Part shown: in pieces, positions 29,166 through 38,589 of the stretch | Numbering within the stretch: position 1 is the stretch's first letter | How the letters are laid out: each line of letters begins with the position of its first letter | DNA from: a virus | Strand: one strand, 5' to 3' | IMG/VR virus record: IMGVR_UViG_3300035670_000034 | Span: 32,001 to 96,000 of that record | Length of the DNA stretch: 64,000 bases | Position numbers and translations under genes: made by a program | The notes under the pieces: model-generated | Told to the model about the DNA's origin: nothing | Seen by the model: the letters and a program-made list of their open reading frames with translations, nothing else | Database searches by the model: none

Positions 29166-29860
29166 CGGAAAACTTCGCAACAGGAATTGATGTCTCTGAG
29201 TACCAAGGAAACATAACTTGGAAAAAGGTAAAAGATGCGGGTATAGATTTTGCCTACGTCCGAAGCAATGTGGGGCTAAAGGAAGATGCACTACTGAAGC
29301 AAAACTGCAGTAGGGCCCGAAAAAACGGCATACCTTTTGGCCTTTATGTTTATATCAAGCCAGAGGAAGATGTCGTTGAGCAGATGCGCATGGTTTTGGA
29401 TAACCACAAAAAGCACGGCGCAACACTTGTCCCTCAAATTGACATTGAACATCATGGTGGTGTTACGCCAAGGATTATGAAGCAAATTGTCAGGATGTGC
29501 GTGAAGATGGCGACCGATGCACTGGGAAAACCACCGGTGATTTACACTTACGCAGTTTTCTGGAACGCACATGTAAACATGAGATTTGGAATCTCCCATT
29601 GTCCACTGTGGGTTGCCCGCTATGTGTATTACTCGGATGCCGAGTTCAAGGATAAGCCAATACCCAAAGACCCCTCCTTGTGGGCAGATTATGCATTTGA
29701 TTCTCAAAAACTCCCACAACCCGTCAAGGGGTGGAAGACATGGGACGTTTGGCAGTTTGCAGCAAACCACAACCGTGCGGGCAGGAAGTTTGGCATGACA
29801 TCTGCACACCTTGACTTGAACATATTGAAAATCGCATCCATGGAACGGCTAAAACTATGA
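29162..29860 (+). CDS. Glycoside hydrolase family 25 lysozyme (endolysin)
   Basis: GIDVSEYQG...IDFAYVRS...DIE catalytic pattern...LWVARY...WQF...DLN. Confidence 0.88.
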   Translation: MTENFATGIDVSEYQGNITWKKVKDAGIDFAYVRSNVGLKEDALLKQNCSRARKNGIPFGLYVYIKPEEDVVEQMRMVLDNHKKHGATLVPQIDIEHHGGVTPRIMKQIVRMCVKMATDALGKPPVIYTYAVFWNAHVNMRFGISHCPLWVARYVYYSDAEFKDKPIPKDPSLWADYAFDSQKLPQPVKGWKTWDVWQFAANHNRAGRKFGMTSAHLDLNILKIASMERLKL

Positions 29861-30129
29861 AACAACGCCTAACCCCTGACGAAATTGACGCTCGACTCAA
29901 GTTTGTTGTCGGTTGTGTTTTGGCTGCTGTTCTCACTATCACCACCGTTGGTGTCCTCTATGCTCTTGTATTCGTAACACAGCCCATAGGCGCGCAAGCA
30001 GAGAACGACAAAATGTTTTTTGGAGTTCTATCATCCGTGGCAACTTTTATTACTGGAACACTTGCTGGATTAATGATTTCAACTGGAAGAAATGGAAAAA
30101 ATGATGATGAACAACAAGACTTGGGCTGA
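29857..30129 (+). CDS. Two-TM membrane protein, holin candidate
   Basis: Two hydrophobic segments; coupled to the GH25 gene. Confidence 0.5.
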   Translation: MKQRLTPDEIDARLKFVVGCVLAAVLTITTVGVLYALVFVTQPIGAQAENDKMFFGVLSSVATFITGTLAGLMISTGRNGKNDDEQQDLG

Positions 30130-30493
30130 ATATAAGGGCGAAATAAAGGGGGTTCGATTTGAATCCCACGAAATGCAGGAGATGGCTGACCCCACCTCCA
30201 CCAAGCCACCGTATTACCCCCCAGCAGAACAGGAATTCATTTCCGCAATGCAAGTTATTGCCAGGAGGTTCGGGAAATTAGCCGACAATGATGGCAACGG
30301 GATTTGGGTTGGCTACGTTGACAAGAAGAACAACGACAACTACTCAAAGGGCATTTACTGTGAGCACTGCGCACACTACGAATCAGAAAAAGTATGCAAG
30401 ATTATTGCGGCAAAGATAGAGCCGGGTGGCTACTGCAGACTGGCTGCAATCCCTTCGGAAAAAGTGACTATAAAAGGCAAAAAGAAGAACTAA
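30092..30493 (+). CDS. Hypothetical protein with C-terminal CxxC...C...GGYC cluster (HiPIP-like pattern)
   Basis: CEHCAHY...CKII...PGGYCRL. Confidence 0.55.
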   Translation: MEKMMMNNKTWAEYKGEIKGVRFESHEMQEMADPTSTKPPYYPPAEQEFISAMQVIARRFGKLADNDGNGIWVGYVDKKNNDNYSKGIYCEHCAHYESEKVCKIIAAKIEPGGYCRLAAIPSEKVTIKGKKKN

Positions 30494-30665
30494 ATCTTAA
30501 TCTGCCCATAATCTCCGTCATAATTCTCAACTGCTCTCTTGACGGCAACATGCAGGGCCCCATACATGGTCAGTGCGATTAGTGCTAAAATCATAGGGAA
30601 AGATTATGGACAAAAACCCACCCACCATGGTGGAACTATGGGGTAGCATTTGTCACTAGGCACTT

Positions 30666-30803
30666 ATGAAAAAAATTAAAGACGACATAACGGTTATGGC
30701 AAAATTCTTTGTATTTCTGCCTTTTATCGTTTTCTCAATGCTGAAAATGGCCATAAAGGTGCGCAAGGATATGAGCCACCCCAATCCGGAAATGTGGGAG
30801 TAA
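30666..30803 (+). CDS. 45-aa putative membrane peptide
   Basis: MKKIKDDITVMAKFFVFLPFIVFSMLKMAIK...; stop lies 2 nt before the MazG-like ATG. Confidence 0.4.
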   Translation: MKKIKDDITVMAKFFVFLPFIVFSMLKMAIKVRKDMSHPNPEMWE

Positions 30804-30805
30804 AC

Positions 30806-31135
30806 ATGGTCGGATTTAACGATTATCAAGCAGCAACAGAATCAACTGCCGTATACCCAAAGGACAAGGCTCTTGAGTATCTAGTTCTTGGATTGACGTC
30901 CGAGGCTGGCGAGGTGGCAGGAAAATTAAAGAAAATCATTAGAGATAATGAGTCTGTTGTCGGCATCCATGAGCAACAGGTGATTTGCAAAGAACTTGGT
31001 GATGTCCTTTGGTACATCGCCCAGATTGCTCTGGAACTTAACACAACCCTAGAAACAGTGGCGATGATGAACATCGAAAAATTATCTGACCGAAAGACGC
31101 GAGGCGTAATTGGTGGCAGCGGCGATAGTCGCTAA
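30806..31135 (+). CDS. MazG-like nucleotide pyrophosphohydrolase
   Basis: LGLTSEAGEVAGKLKK...KELGDVLWYIA. Confidence 0.88.
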   Translation: MVGFNDYQAATESTAVYPKDKALEYLVLGLTSEAGEVAGKLKKIIRDNESVVGIHEQQVICKELGDVLWYIAQIALELNTTLETVAMMNIEKLSDRKTRGVIGGSGDSR

Positions 31136-31380
31136 CCAAGTATTTTTCTATATAGGTCTGAAAGGGCTTCGTTTGGCGTTTTGCCAAGTCCAATCTTTTC
31201 TTTATTTTCAATAAACCAGTTATTGCATTCCGAGTCGTCGCCGTGTGCGTCAAATGGAACGGCATCACACTCAGCAACCGCAAACCAATTGGCGCCGAAT
31301 TCGTATGTCCCCTGATAGCGAGCCTCGAATATCGCAATTGGCCAAAGGGAGAGTTTTGAAGATTCCGAGTATTCTTCCAT
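31132..31380 (-). CDS. Hypothetical protein
   Basis: 82-aa ORF converging on the MazG-like gene. Confidence 0.55.
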   Translation of the reverse strand: MEEYSESSKLSLWPIAIFEARYQGTYEFGANWFAVAECDAVPFDAHGDDSECNNWFIENKEKIGLGKTPNEALSDLYRKILG

Positions 31381-31395
31381 CCAGACAGTCTAGCG

Positions 31396-31468
31396 CGCCC
31401 CCGCCAGGGCTCGAACCTGGAACCTACTGATTAGAAGTCAGTTGCGCTATCCATTGCGCCACGAGGGC
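31396..31468 (-). tRNA. tRNA-Arg (anticodon UCU)
   Basis: Reverse complement folds as GCCCTCG/CGGGGGC acceptor stem, ACTGA-CTTCTAA-TCAGT anticodon arm and CCAGG-TTCGAGC-CCTGG T arm. Confidence 0.92.
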
Positions 31469-31479
31469 CTACCGAAATA

Positions 31480-33399
31480 TTACTTAATCGGGCAGGCGCC
31501 AGTCGCGCAGTCATCCATGGTCAGTTCGCCGTCAAAAGAACGCTGAACAAGCGGAATCGACATGTCAATCTTTGATACTGCCTTTTCGTATTCCTCTTTT
31601 GTTGTCTCCTCGTATGGGGGGAGCGGGAAATTGTGGTCGGTATGCAAAAGGAACGACACGGATTTCACCGAACTGTCGTAGTTTTTGGACAGCCATTCCT
31701 TGATTTCAGGTAGTTCCTCAAGTCGGTAGTAAACGGTAACCGACACGGCGTTGTCGGCCCAAATCGTCTGCATTTTCTTCACCCACTCCAACTGCTGAAC
31801 GGCGGTCATCTCAGAAGCGAGGATTGCGTTGTCTGGAGACTTGCACGGGAAGTCAACCACGTAACGCGTGTGGTCTTCTCGGCCATCGATACCAATATCC
31901 CACTGCACTTTGTAGCCACGCTTGCGGCAAGCCTCAACAAGTGGGTCAGAAGACCCGAATCGAACACGGCGCGTGTAGTACTTAGCGTATGCGGGGTGGA
32001 TTCCTGGCGTAACGCCTGGAAGAAGGCTCAGGGTCCCAGACGGTTGGACCGTGGTGAGACGCACCGACTTTGGAAGGCTCTTAGAAACGCTCCAAGAAGC
32101 GTCGAACTTCTCCAAGTTCGTATAGGTGTCGTCAAGCCATGAAATCTGCTCCTCCGAACACTGGAGGATTCCCGTAATCGACTGACCCAATCGAGCATTC
32201 TTCCTAACGATGTTTGTCGTTTTTTCATATGGGTAAGACATTGTCGTAATGTGCTTCTGCACCTTGTAGAGCAACTGTGAGATATCCATCAACTGCTCTT
32301 TATCCTCGACATTTGGAAGGAAGATAGTTGCCAGGTTGCAGGACTCACCGTCAGCAAGGCCGATTTCTGCACATGGGTTGAATCCCTCGATTGAGTTATC
32401 TGTTTTTTGTTCGCCAAGTCGGCCGTACTTACGCGCCAACTTGCGATTTACGAGACCGTATGGCTCACCGGAGCCGTCATAGCCCTTCCACAACTCCGGC
32501 ATGATTTCTTCGTATGCATCTGCGTAAATGCTGTTATTGCTGTTTGCGCGCCATGCGGGAACAGAGCCAGATGACCAATTCTTGGCGCGAATGAAAAGAA
32601 CGTCATCCGGGTCGCCAATTGCAATTTGAGCAGAGCGGCGCGATGAGCCAGAAACAACGATGCGCCCGATGATATTGCAAATATCCAAAACATCAATTGA
32701 ACGGAGTTTCTTGCCGACTCGATTTTCCATGACCTTGCAAATATCCGAAACACCATCAATGAGCGCGCCAGGTCCGCTTGCTGTTCCGCCAAATGTCTTA
32801 AGCGGCGCTCCATATTCGCGCACCAGAATTGTGGAGTAAGTGAACGACTTTCCAGTGTCAAAATAAGATTTCAAAACAGCATGAAGCAAGCGCTTCCATC
32901 CGTGTCGTGAGTCTGGGACGATAATGTCAGCGTCATTGCTGCGTTCGTGAGTGATTGATACACCAGCCTTGACTTTTGGAAGTTCGTGTATTTTGGAGCG
33001 CTCAACGGAGAAGCCAACACCGCCACCCAACATGAGGTACTCGAACAGCATCTCAAAATCTTCGATTGATTCAATGTTGGTGAAGTAACAGTTATTGAGC
33101 GACGTGGCATTGAACTTCTTTACAAGAGGTGTTCCCATTTGCCAAAGTGAGCGACCCGAAAAAGAACAGCGAAGATTAAAGCAGTGGTCAAATAGACGTT
33201 CGGCCTCGGCATCTGTCAATGGCACGCCAGACTCAATGGCGCCATTAATAACTCGCTGAAGAGTTTCGGTCCATGTCTCGTTGTCGCCGTTGTCCTTCTT
33301 GCGACTATATGTACGCAAGAAAACTATTTCCCCAAGACCACCAAAACCCCAAGGGGGTGTTTTTTGAGAATATGAGTCCACAAATGATTGTTCAAGCAT
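31480..33399 (-). CDS. nrdJ: Class II (adenosylcobalamin-dependent) ribonucleotide reductase, monomeric RTPR type
   Basis: SLNNC; EGFNPCAEI; TTVQPSGTLSLL; C-terminal CATGACPIK. Start ATG at 33399. Confidence 0.9.
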   Translation of the reverse strand: MLEQSFVDSYSQKTPPWGFGGLGEIVFLRTYSRKKDNGDNETWTETLQRVINGAIESGVPLTDAEAERLFDHCFNLRCSFSGRSLWQMGTPLVKKFNATSLNNCYFTNIESIEDFEMLFEYLMLGGGVGFSVERSKIHELPKVKAGVSITHERSNDADIIVPDSRHGWKRLLHAVLKSYFDTGKSFTYSTILVREYGAPLKTFGGTASGPGALIDGVSDICKVMENRVGKKLRSIDVLDICNIIGRIVVSGSSRRSAQIAIGDPDDVLFIRAKNWSSGSVPAWRANSNNSIYADAYEEIMPELWKGYDGSGEPYGLVNRKLARKYGRLGEQKTDNSIEGFNPCAEIGLADGESCNLATIFLPNVEDKEQLMDISQLLYKVQKHITTMSYPYEKTTNIVRKNARLGQSITGILQCSEEQISWLDDTYTNLEKFDASWSVSKSLPKSVRLTTVQPSGTLSLLPGVTPGIHPAYAKYYTRRVRFGSSDPLVEACRKRGYKVQWDIGIDGREDHTRYVVDFPCKSPDNAILASEMTAVQQLEWVKKMQTIWADNAVSVTVYYRLEELPEIKEWLSKNYDSSVKSVSFLLHTDHNFPLPPYEETTKEEYEKAVSKIDMSIPLVQRSFDGELTMDDCATGACPIK

Positions 33400-33462
33400 G
33401 ATTTTCCCCGTGATATTGTTTTGAGTTGCCCAGAGTACCACAGGGCCAAATACAGAAAGAGT

Positions 33463-33783
33463 CTAAATTAGACCTAAATTTTTTGCTTGCGTGACGGATA
33501 TGACTTTTCCTGCCACCGCCACCAAAACTCTGGTTTTTGTTGTTGGGGTTAATTGTCTTTCGACGTAAACATCTTCTTTGACAACAAATTGTTGAGCATC
33601 TGGGTTGGGTTCTTCGACCCCAAAGCCTATGATGTGGTCTGGTTCTGCTGTGCTTTCCCCAACGCAATCTCCAGTTGGGTGCCCGCAGACTGGGCAAGGC
33701 TGCCTATCGGCAGGGCTTATTTTGATATTGTCACCAATTGAGTATGGTCTCAAAAAATTATTTTTATAAAAAACCATGAACAA
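33463..33783 (-). CDS. Hypothetical protein (CPVCGHPTGDC)
   Basis: 106-aa ORF with a CxxC-H-C cluster. Confidence 0.6.
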   Translation of the reverse strand: MFMVFYKNNFLRPYSIGDNIKISPADRQPCPVCGHPTGDCVGESTAEPDHIIGFGVEEPNPDAQQFVVKEDVYVERQLTPTTKTRVLVAVAGKVISVTQAKNLGLI

Positions 33784-33795
33784 TTATAACCCTCC

Positions 33796-33868
33796 GGGCC
33801 AGTAACTCAGTGGTTAGAGTAGCACTCTTATAAAGTGCAAGTCGCGGGTTCAATTCCCGTCTGGCCCA
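33796..33868 (+). tRNA. tRNA-Ile with anticodon UAU
   Basis: GGGCCAG/CTGGCCC acceptor stem, ACTC/GAGT D stem, GCACT-CTTATAA-AGTGC anticodon arm, GCGGG-TTCAATT-CCCGT T arm, A73. TATAAC lies 5 nt upstream. Confidence 0.9.
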
Positions 33869-34495
33869 CTAAAATTCTTGTATCAAAAACCCACTTCCTG
33901 TTATGTCGTATGCTATTTCTGGTGTTAGTTGGGTATCTGCAATATCTTTATCTATTTGCCTTCTAAAAGCACTGTGAAGCATGGATGGATATGCATATCT
34001 TTGCACAGTATGTATGGCGTTCTGGGAAAACTCCATTAAGTGCCCCCAGTCGACCCTTCTCCCCAATCCATATTTGTATGGCATGGAAAAAAGATATATA
34101 TCCGGTACACCAACCAATTCGTTTTCCTCACAATGTATAACGGTTAGGCACTCTTTGACTTTGGTCTCGGGTTCCAGAAAAGCCAAGGACAGTTCCCTGT
34201 TTTGCGGTTCGTCCGCAACATACCCCTCGGCAATAAAAGTCAAAGACGTTACACCCAATTGAAATCTTAGAATTTTCATTAACTCATAACACCTGGCAAA
34301 CCTTTTTTGATGGGGCTCTTTCATAAACTTTGATTCAAGTTGGGCACACAAAAATGGCCTATTATCACGCCACGCAAAAAAGTTAAAGGACAGGTCCTCC
34401 CCAACACCTTCGGATTTAACAATTAGATTTTTTGCAAGTTGCGACGCAGTAAGTGTCAATGCAATCTTTGAAAAAGGGTCAAGATATTTGTCCAC
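33869..34495 (-). CDS. Hypothetical protein
   Basis: 208-aa ORF ending immediately at the tRNA 3' end. Confidence 0.65.
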   Translation of the reverse strand: MDKYLDPFSKIALTLTASQLAKNLIVKSEGVGEDLSFNFFAWRDNRPFLCAQLESKFMKEPHQKRFARCYELMKILRFQLGVTSLTFIAEGYVADEPQNRELSLAFLEPETKVKECLTVIHCEENELVGVPDIYLFSMPYKYGLGRRVDWGHLMEFSQNAIHTVQRYAYPSMLHSAFRRQIDKDIADTQLTPEIAYDITGSGFLIQEF

Positions 34496-34556
34496 GCGCT
34501 ACGACATTAGCAATAGTTGCAATGACGATGGGGGATAATGGATTAAGGTTCAATTT

Positions 34557-34799
34557 ATGAGCAAAAAGAAAACATCCAGCAAGAAGCCTTCGACTGCAAA
34601 GAAGAAGCCTTCGACCGCAAAGAAGAAGCCTGCCAATAAGGTCCCACAAAAAATTGAAGTTGATGTGCCGACCGTCGATGAAGTGAAGGACCTTGTTTCC
34701 GACACACTCAACGCCGTGAAGGACAACAACTGGCAAATCACGCCAGCCGTCAAAAAGGGATTTTTGGCAAGAGTTAAGTCTTGGTTTAAGGTAAGTTGA
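34557..34799 (+). CDS. Small Lys-rich protein with KKPSTAK tandem repeats (histone-H1-like N-terminus)
   Basis: 21-bp tandem AAGAAGCCTTCGACYGCAAAG x2 plus a partial third copy. Confidence 0.65.
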   Translation: MSKKKTSSKKPSTAKKKPSTAKKKPANKVPQKIEVDVPTVDEVKDLVSDTLNAVKDNNWQITPAVKKGFLARVKSWFKVS

Positions 34800-34950
34800 A
34801 GAAAAAGAGCAAAAACCCTTCAGGTTTGCTCGCCTCAAACCTGGTTGGTGAAAAACTTGCTCGTCGCATGCAGTATGACGACGCTCAAGAACTCATCAAA
34901 TCAGTTACGTTGAGGAACGGCGCGTTCCGAAAAGTCGCCAAGAAGCGTTC

Positions 34951-35793
34951 TTAATCGACAACTTCTGGGAAGTTCTCCCATGCACCGCCAAAAGGCTTTA
35001 TGACGAGCGTCTTTTCGCGCGTCATCCACTTATTGAATGCGCTGATATAGACGGCAATATTTGTCTTGCTGGCCTGTCGTGACCATTGGCCACGCTGGCG
35101 AGACAGCCAATTGCGCAAGGCTAGGGGTGATTCTCCCGGCTTCAGCCCTGCTCCATCAATGACCAGATTGATAAATGTGTCAACCTTTTCTCGCCCGTGC
35201 TTCTGAGCAGCAAGAATTGCAAACACGCCCCATGCGTGGCGAATGCCACCAACGGCACCATCAGCACGTCGGCTAAGCGAAAGCGCCCAATCCAGCATCT
35301 CGTCGTTTTTGTTGACGTATTCGACAATGTCGTGTCGCTGAACCAAGGACATTGAATTTGAATCCATCGGATTGAGGCCTGCCTCCATGCAAATCATGGT
35401 GCGAGCCATTGGGGTGATGTGTGTTGCGTTGGCTGGCATTCCCGCAGCAGCAAGAGCATCATTCACCGAGCGACCCAGACCCGAGTCAATTGACGTGTAT
35501 GCGGAATCATCAACACCACGCAAGACAAGGCACTGACATGGCTGATTTGACTCAACAATTGCAGTGAGGCGATGCTGACCATTCAGCAATTTGCCACTCT
35601 TGGAGATGGTGATTGCGTCGTTCTGGATTTCCCACAAACCACGCTTCATTGCGTCCGTGTATTGGGCGACACGGTGTTTGCGCAATTTGCGGTTATCGGT
35701 GTTGCCCTCAAGCAACTTTTTGGCAGAAGAGGGAGTGATTACCTCAATTGCAACGGTTATGTCGGATGGGATTGTGTAGTTTTTGTTTGTCAT
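34951..35793 (-). CDS. ParB/Srx-N-terminal-like domain protein
   Basis: NRKLRKHRVAQYTDAMKRG...ITISKSGKLLNGQHRLTAIV matches the ParB-like GxxRxxA motif. Confidence 0.6.
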   Translation of the reverse strand: MTNKNYTIPSDITVAIEVITPSSAKKLLEGNTDNRKLRKHRVAQYTDAMKRGLWEIQNDAITISKSGKLLNGQHRLTAIVESNQPCQCLVLRGVDDSAYTSIDSGLGRSVNDALAAAGMPANATHITPMARTMICMEAGLNPMDSNSMSLVQRHDIVEYVNKNDEMLDWALSLSRRADGAVGGIRHAWGVFAILAAQKHGREKVDTFINLVIDGAGLKPGESPLALRNWLSRQRGQWSRQASKTNIAVYISAFNKWMTREKTLVIKPFGGAWENFPEVVD

Positions 35794-35846
35794 AGTAAGT
35801 TGTACCCTATCGGTGTTACGGACCTATTCCAACCTGTTGGGAGGAA

Positions 35847-36062
35847 TTATTTCGCGCTCTCTGTGACTCCGGTCATTGACGCCAACTCCTGCTCTATTAG
35901 TGCCTCGAACTCATCACGGTGGTTGTGCTGGAGAACCAGGGAAGCCCGTCTGCGCGCCTCGGCCCTAATTCGGTATTTTTCATGATTGGGCTTGGTTTCT
36001 CCTTTTGCCTTACGTCCACGAGAGATGACTCCGTCTCGCTTTAATTGCTCAAAATTACTCAT
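35847..36062 (-). CDS. Small basic hypothetical protein
   Basis: 71-aa ORF with an AAGGA SD upstream. Confidence 0.65.
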   Translation of the reverse strand: MSNFEQLKRDGVISRGRKAKGETKPNHEKYRIRAEARRRASLVLQHNHRDEFEALIEQELASMTGVTESAK

Positions 36063-36190
36063 TAGTTGTTAATCCTTTATTAGTAGGTGATTTAAACCTA
36101 CAGGTAACGCAGAATAAAAACAACCCCATAATTACCTATTTATGGGATTGGGTTGCAAAAGCCCTTTTATGCCTGTTGAATGTAGGCACT

Positions 36191-36415
36191 ATGGCAAGAC
36201 AACACGGCTCAAAGCAAATAAGAAGATTTCTTTCCGAAATCCAAAAACTTGGTTTCAGGGTAGAAAACATGAACAATAAGTACAAAATCACACCGCCAAG
36301 GCATCTTGGAACACGTGTGTACTTCACGCATGGAACACCAAAGGCAATCAAACCTTTATGCGCTGATTTTAGGAAAATTTACGGAGTTGAACTTGACTGG
36401 CAAGACTTTGTTTAA
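36191..36415 (+). CDS. HicA-like small protein
   Basis: 'IRRFLSEIQKLGFRVE...YKITPP...FTHGTP' resembles the HicA dsRBD-like fold. Confidence 0.45.
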   Translation: MARQHGSKQIRRFLSEIQKLGFRVENMNNKYKITPPRHLGTRVYFTHGTPKAIKPLCADFRKIYGVELDWQDFV

Positions 36416-36708
36416 GTGTTTCTCCTGAGCGGTTTAATTCCCATTTTTTCTGCCGCGCGTTCAAGTCTTTCCGGCAAATCAGAAGATGTTCTGAACTTCG
36501 GAAAAACTTTCGGATACCCAAATCTCGTGTCCATTACAGAAACCCGACCATCGACAGATGTTTTCCAATCTGGAATATTTTTATTCAACCACGCCTCTCC
36601 GTTGCCATTTTTCACGTTTGCCTTGCGAAGTCGCTGATTGAGAACATTTGCATGCTCAGTTAATTTAAGCATCGACTCAATTGACTCTGGCTCGAATGTG
36701 GATGACAT
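36412..36708 (-). CDS. Hypothetical protein
   Basis: 98-aa ORF coupled to the upstream minus-strand ORF. Confidence 0.6.
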   Translation of the reverse strand: MSSTFEPESIESMLKLTEHANVLNQRLRKANVKNGNGEAWLNKNIPDWKTSVDGRVSVMDTRFGYPKVFPKFRTSSDLPERLERAAEKMGIKPLRRNT

Positions 36709-37142
36709 TACTTTTTACCGTTGGCCATGATTTCATCAACGATGATTGTGGAATACTTTTTTCTTAGACGCCATATTTTGCTATTCATCTCCATAATGGC
36801 CTCCGTCTGGCGAGCCTTACTGCAAATTTGCGGGTCATACACACCATACTTCTTGAACAACACATCATCAAAATCAGAATTCTCAATGAGGATGTCGGAA
36901 ATCCATTGACCTTTATTATCTATTTGAATCATCAGATTGCAAAGCCCCTCATAACCAAAATCATCAAATACCTTATGAACCACTAATTCACAAAAGTTAT
37001 CGCGGAACATTCTCTCTGCGTGACGACCATCTTTCATGAACTCAGATAAAAAGTCCATTATTTGTTCTTTGTCGTACCTATCGGCATCCGGGTCTTGTGC
37101 ATCGCCTTCGATGTTTTCATTTTCATCTGACATATGAACCAC
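36708..37142 (-). CDS. Hypothetical protein
   Basis: 144-aa acidic ORF. Confidence 0.6.
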   Translation of the reverse strand: MVHMSDENENIEGDAQDPDADRYDKEQIMDFLSEFMKDGRHAERMFRDNFCELVVHKVFDDFGYEGLCNLMIQIDNKGQWISDILIENSDFDDVLFKKYGVYDPQICSKARQTEAIMEMNSKIWRLRKKYSTIIVDEIMANGKK

Positions 37143-37182
37143 CGCCTAAGAGTGACTTAAAACATTATCTCACTAAGCGACG

Positions 37183-38202
37183 TCACGCAAACGACAGTAG
37201 TAGTGCCTCTGTCTGTTTTTTGGTTTTTGTAACCCACGAATAGGTGCTCATGGAAGCATTCGCTTTATTATTAACAGTTGCGTCTCGGTAGTGGTCAAGA
37301 TATTCACCAACTGAGTTGAGCATTGACCAAGCATTATTGCCATATCCGCCAGCGTTATTGGAATTTACGTACAGGCCCTTTACCGTTGACCAGGTTTCCT
37401 CGCGATTTTTCTTTTGACGCTCACTTTCTTCATTTTTCATTGGAAAAATATTGTTGAGGACCTTGTCAATCTTGATTGGATTCATGTCAATTTTCAACAA
37501 TTTCTCCGCCGTGGCGGAGAATGCCTTTGCCCACTCAACGGACATTCCAAGAATTGTCCTAGCCTCTTCCATGGCATTGTCTGCGTTGCGTGTGTGGCGG
37601 GCAGTAAAAACACTCTGAGCAGAACTGAGGCCTGCTATTACCGTGTTCTTGCAAACCGCCCTGATGCTGGTATTGGCAAATGTAATCGGGGTTTTCCCAT
37701 CATGGCCATTGCGAACAAGCAGATAGCGCTGAATCTCGTCCTTAACGCCAATTGGGTCAATAATCAGAGAGCCCAAATCAATGCAGGCAAAAAATTCTCG
37801 CCCTTCATCGAGTACTCCGCATGTATCAACAACAGCGTCGCCACCGGAAGCACCGACAACGTCCAGTGCTCTATCCATAACCTCTCGATTTTGCTGAACA
37901 GTAAAACGTGTTCCAACGGTGGAGAGGCCGTCAAAACTGCCATCTGCGTTAATTCTGATGGTGGCCCTAGAGTCATTGACCCTCACAATCTGCCCATCTG
38001 GATTGCGCAAGATTTCTCCGTTTGCATCCACTGCCGCCACTTCGGCCAGCACGACATCAAAGTCCGCTTCGGCAGCAGCAAGCATTGCCTCTGCTGTTTG
38101 CAAACCCCTCATCGCAACGCCCAACCTGTGCCAGGGGATTTCCCTATCGGCGTAGGCCATTTTTGCTTTTCCTGCTTTGTTTATTTCTATGTTGTGAGCC
38201 AT
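37183..38202 (-). CDS. DUF932 / phage-plasmid TIGR03299-like protein
   Basis: PWHRLG...TAEAMLAAAEADFDV...RFTVQQNRE...YLLVRNGHDG...IRAVCKNT...RHT. Confidence 0.8.
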   Translation of the reverse strand: MAHNIEINKAGKAKMAYADREIPWHRLGVAMRGLQTAEAMLAAAEADFDVVLAEVAAVDANGEILRNPDGQIVRVNDSRATIRINADGSFDGLSTVGTRFTVQQNREVMDRALDVVGASGGDAVVDTCGVLDEGREFFACIDLGSLIIDPIGVKDEIQRYLLVRNGHDGKTPITFANTSIRAVCKNTVIAGLSSAQSVFTARHTRNADNAMEEARTILGMSVEWAKAFSATAEKLLKIDMNPIKIDKVLNNIFPMKNEESERQKKNREETWSTVKGLYVNSNNAGGYGNNAWSMLNSVGEYLDHYRDATVNNKANASMSTYSWVTKTKKQTEALLLSFA

Positions 38203-38217
38203 ACCCTCAACTATATC

Positions 38218-38232
38218 GGATAAATCTAACCA
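38218..38232. promoter_or_regulatory. 15-bp element GGATAAATCTAACCA, copy 1 of 4
   Basis: Exact copies at 38218, 44301, 47234 and 47452. This copy lies between divergent genes. Confidence 0.65.
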
Positions 38233-38278
38233 AAAACAACGGTTGTCAAGTTGGTTTGGGTGCGGGTAGGCTGAAAAT

Positions 38279-38485
38279 ATGAATAATTATGAAAAAGAAA
38301 CTAATGTTTACAAATTTATTGATAAACAAATTGGAGATTTATTATCAATGAGTATTAGAAATACGCATAAACGAATTCCAGTTTTACAAGTAATTAAATT
38401 ACTTTGTGAAATAGAAGATTTGATTCCAGAAGTTGTTATTGATGGCGATGAAATGGTTAAGTATTTTAATAAAAAGAGTCACTAG
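38279..38485 (+). CDS. Small hypothetical protein
   Basis: 68-aa ORF. Confidence 0.5.
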   Translation: MNNYEKETNVYKFIDKQIGDLLSMSIRNTHKRIPVLQVIKLLCEIEDLIPEVVIDGDEMVKYFNKKSH

Positions 38486-38589
38486 GGGAGCAAATCTGCT
38501 AAACTGGTACTAGTCTGTTAGAGAGATAATACGGCGGTTTTTACTAACCAATCGCCAGTTCATATTCCCGACACTCAGGAGAGACACAC

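Noticed and set aside
12140-30493. Poly-Lys C-termini (KKRKKKK, TKKKKK, KGKKKN) as a targeting signal
   Set aside because: Better explained as A-rich translation-initiation regions of the overlapping downstream genes.
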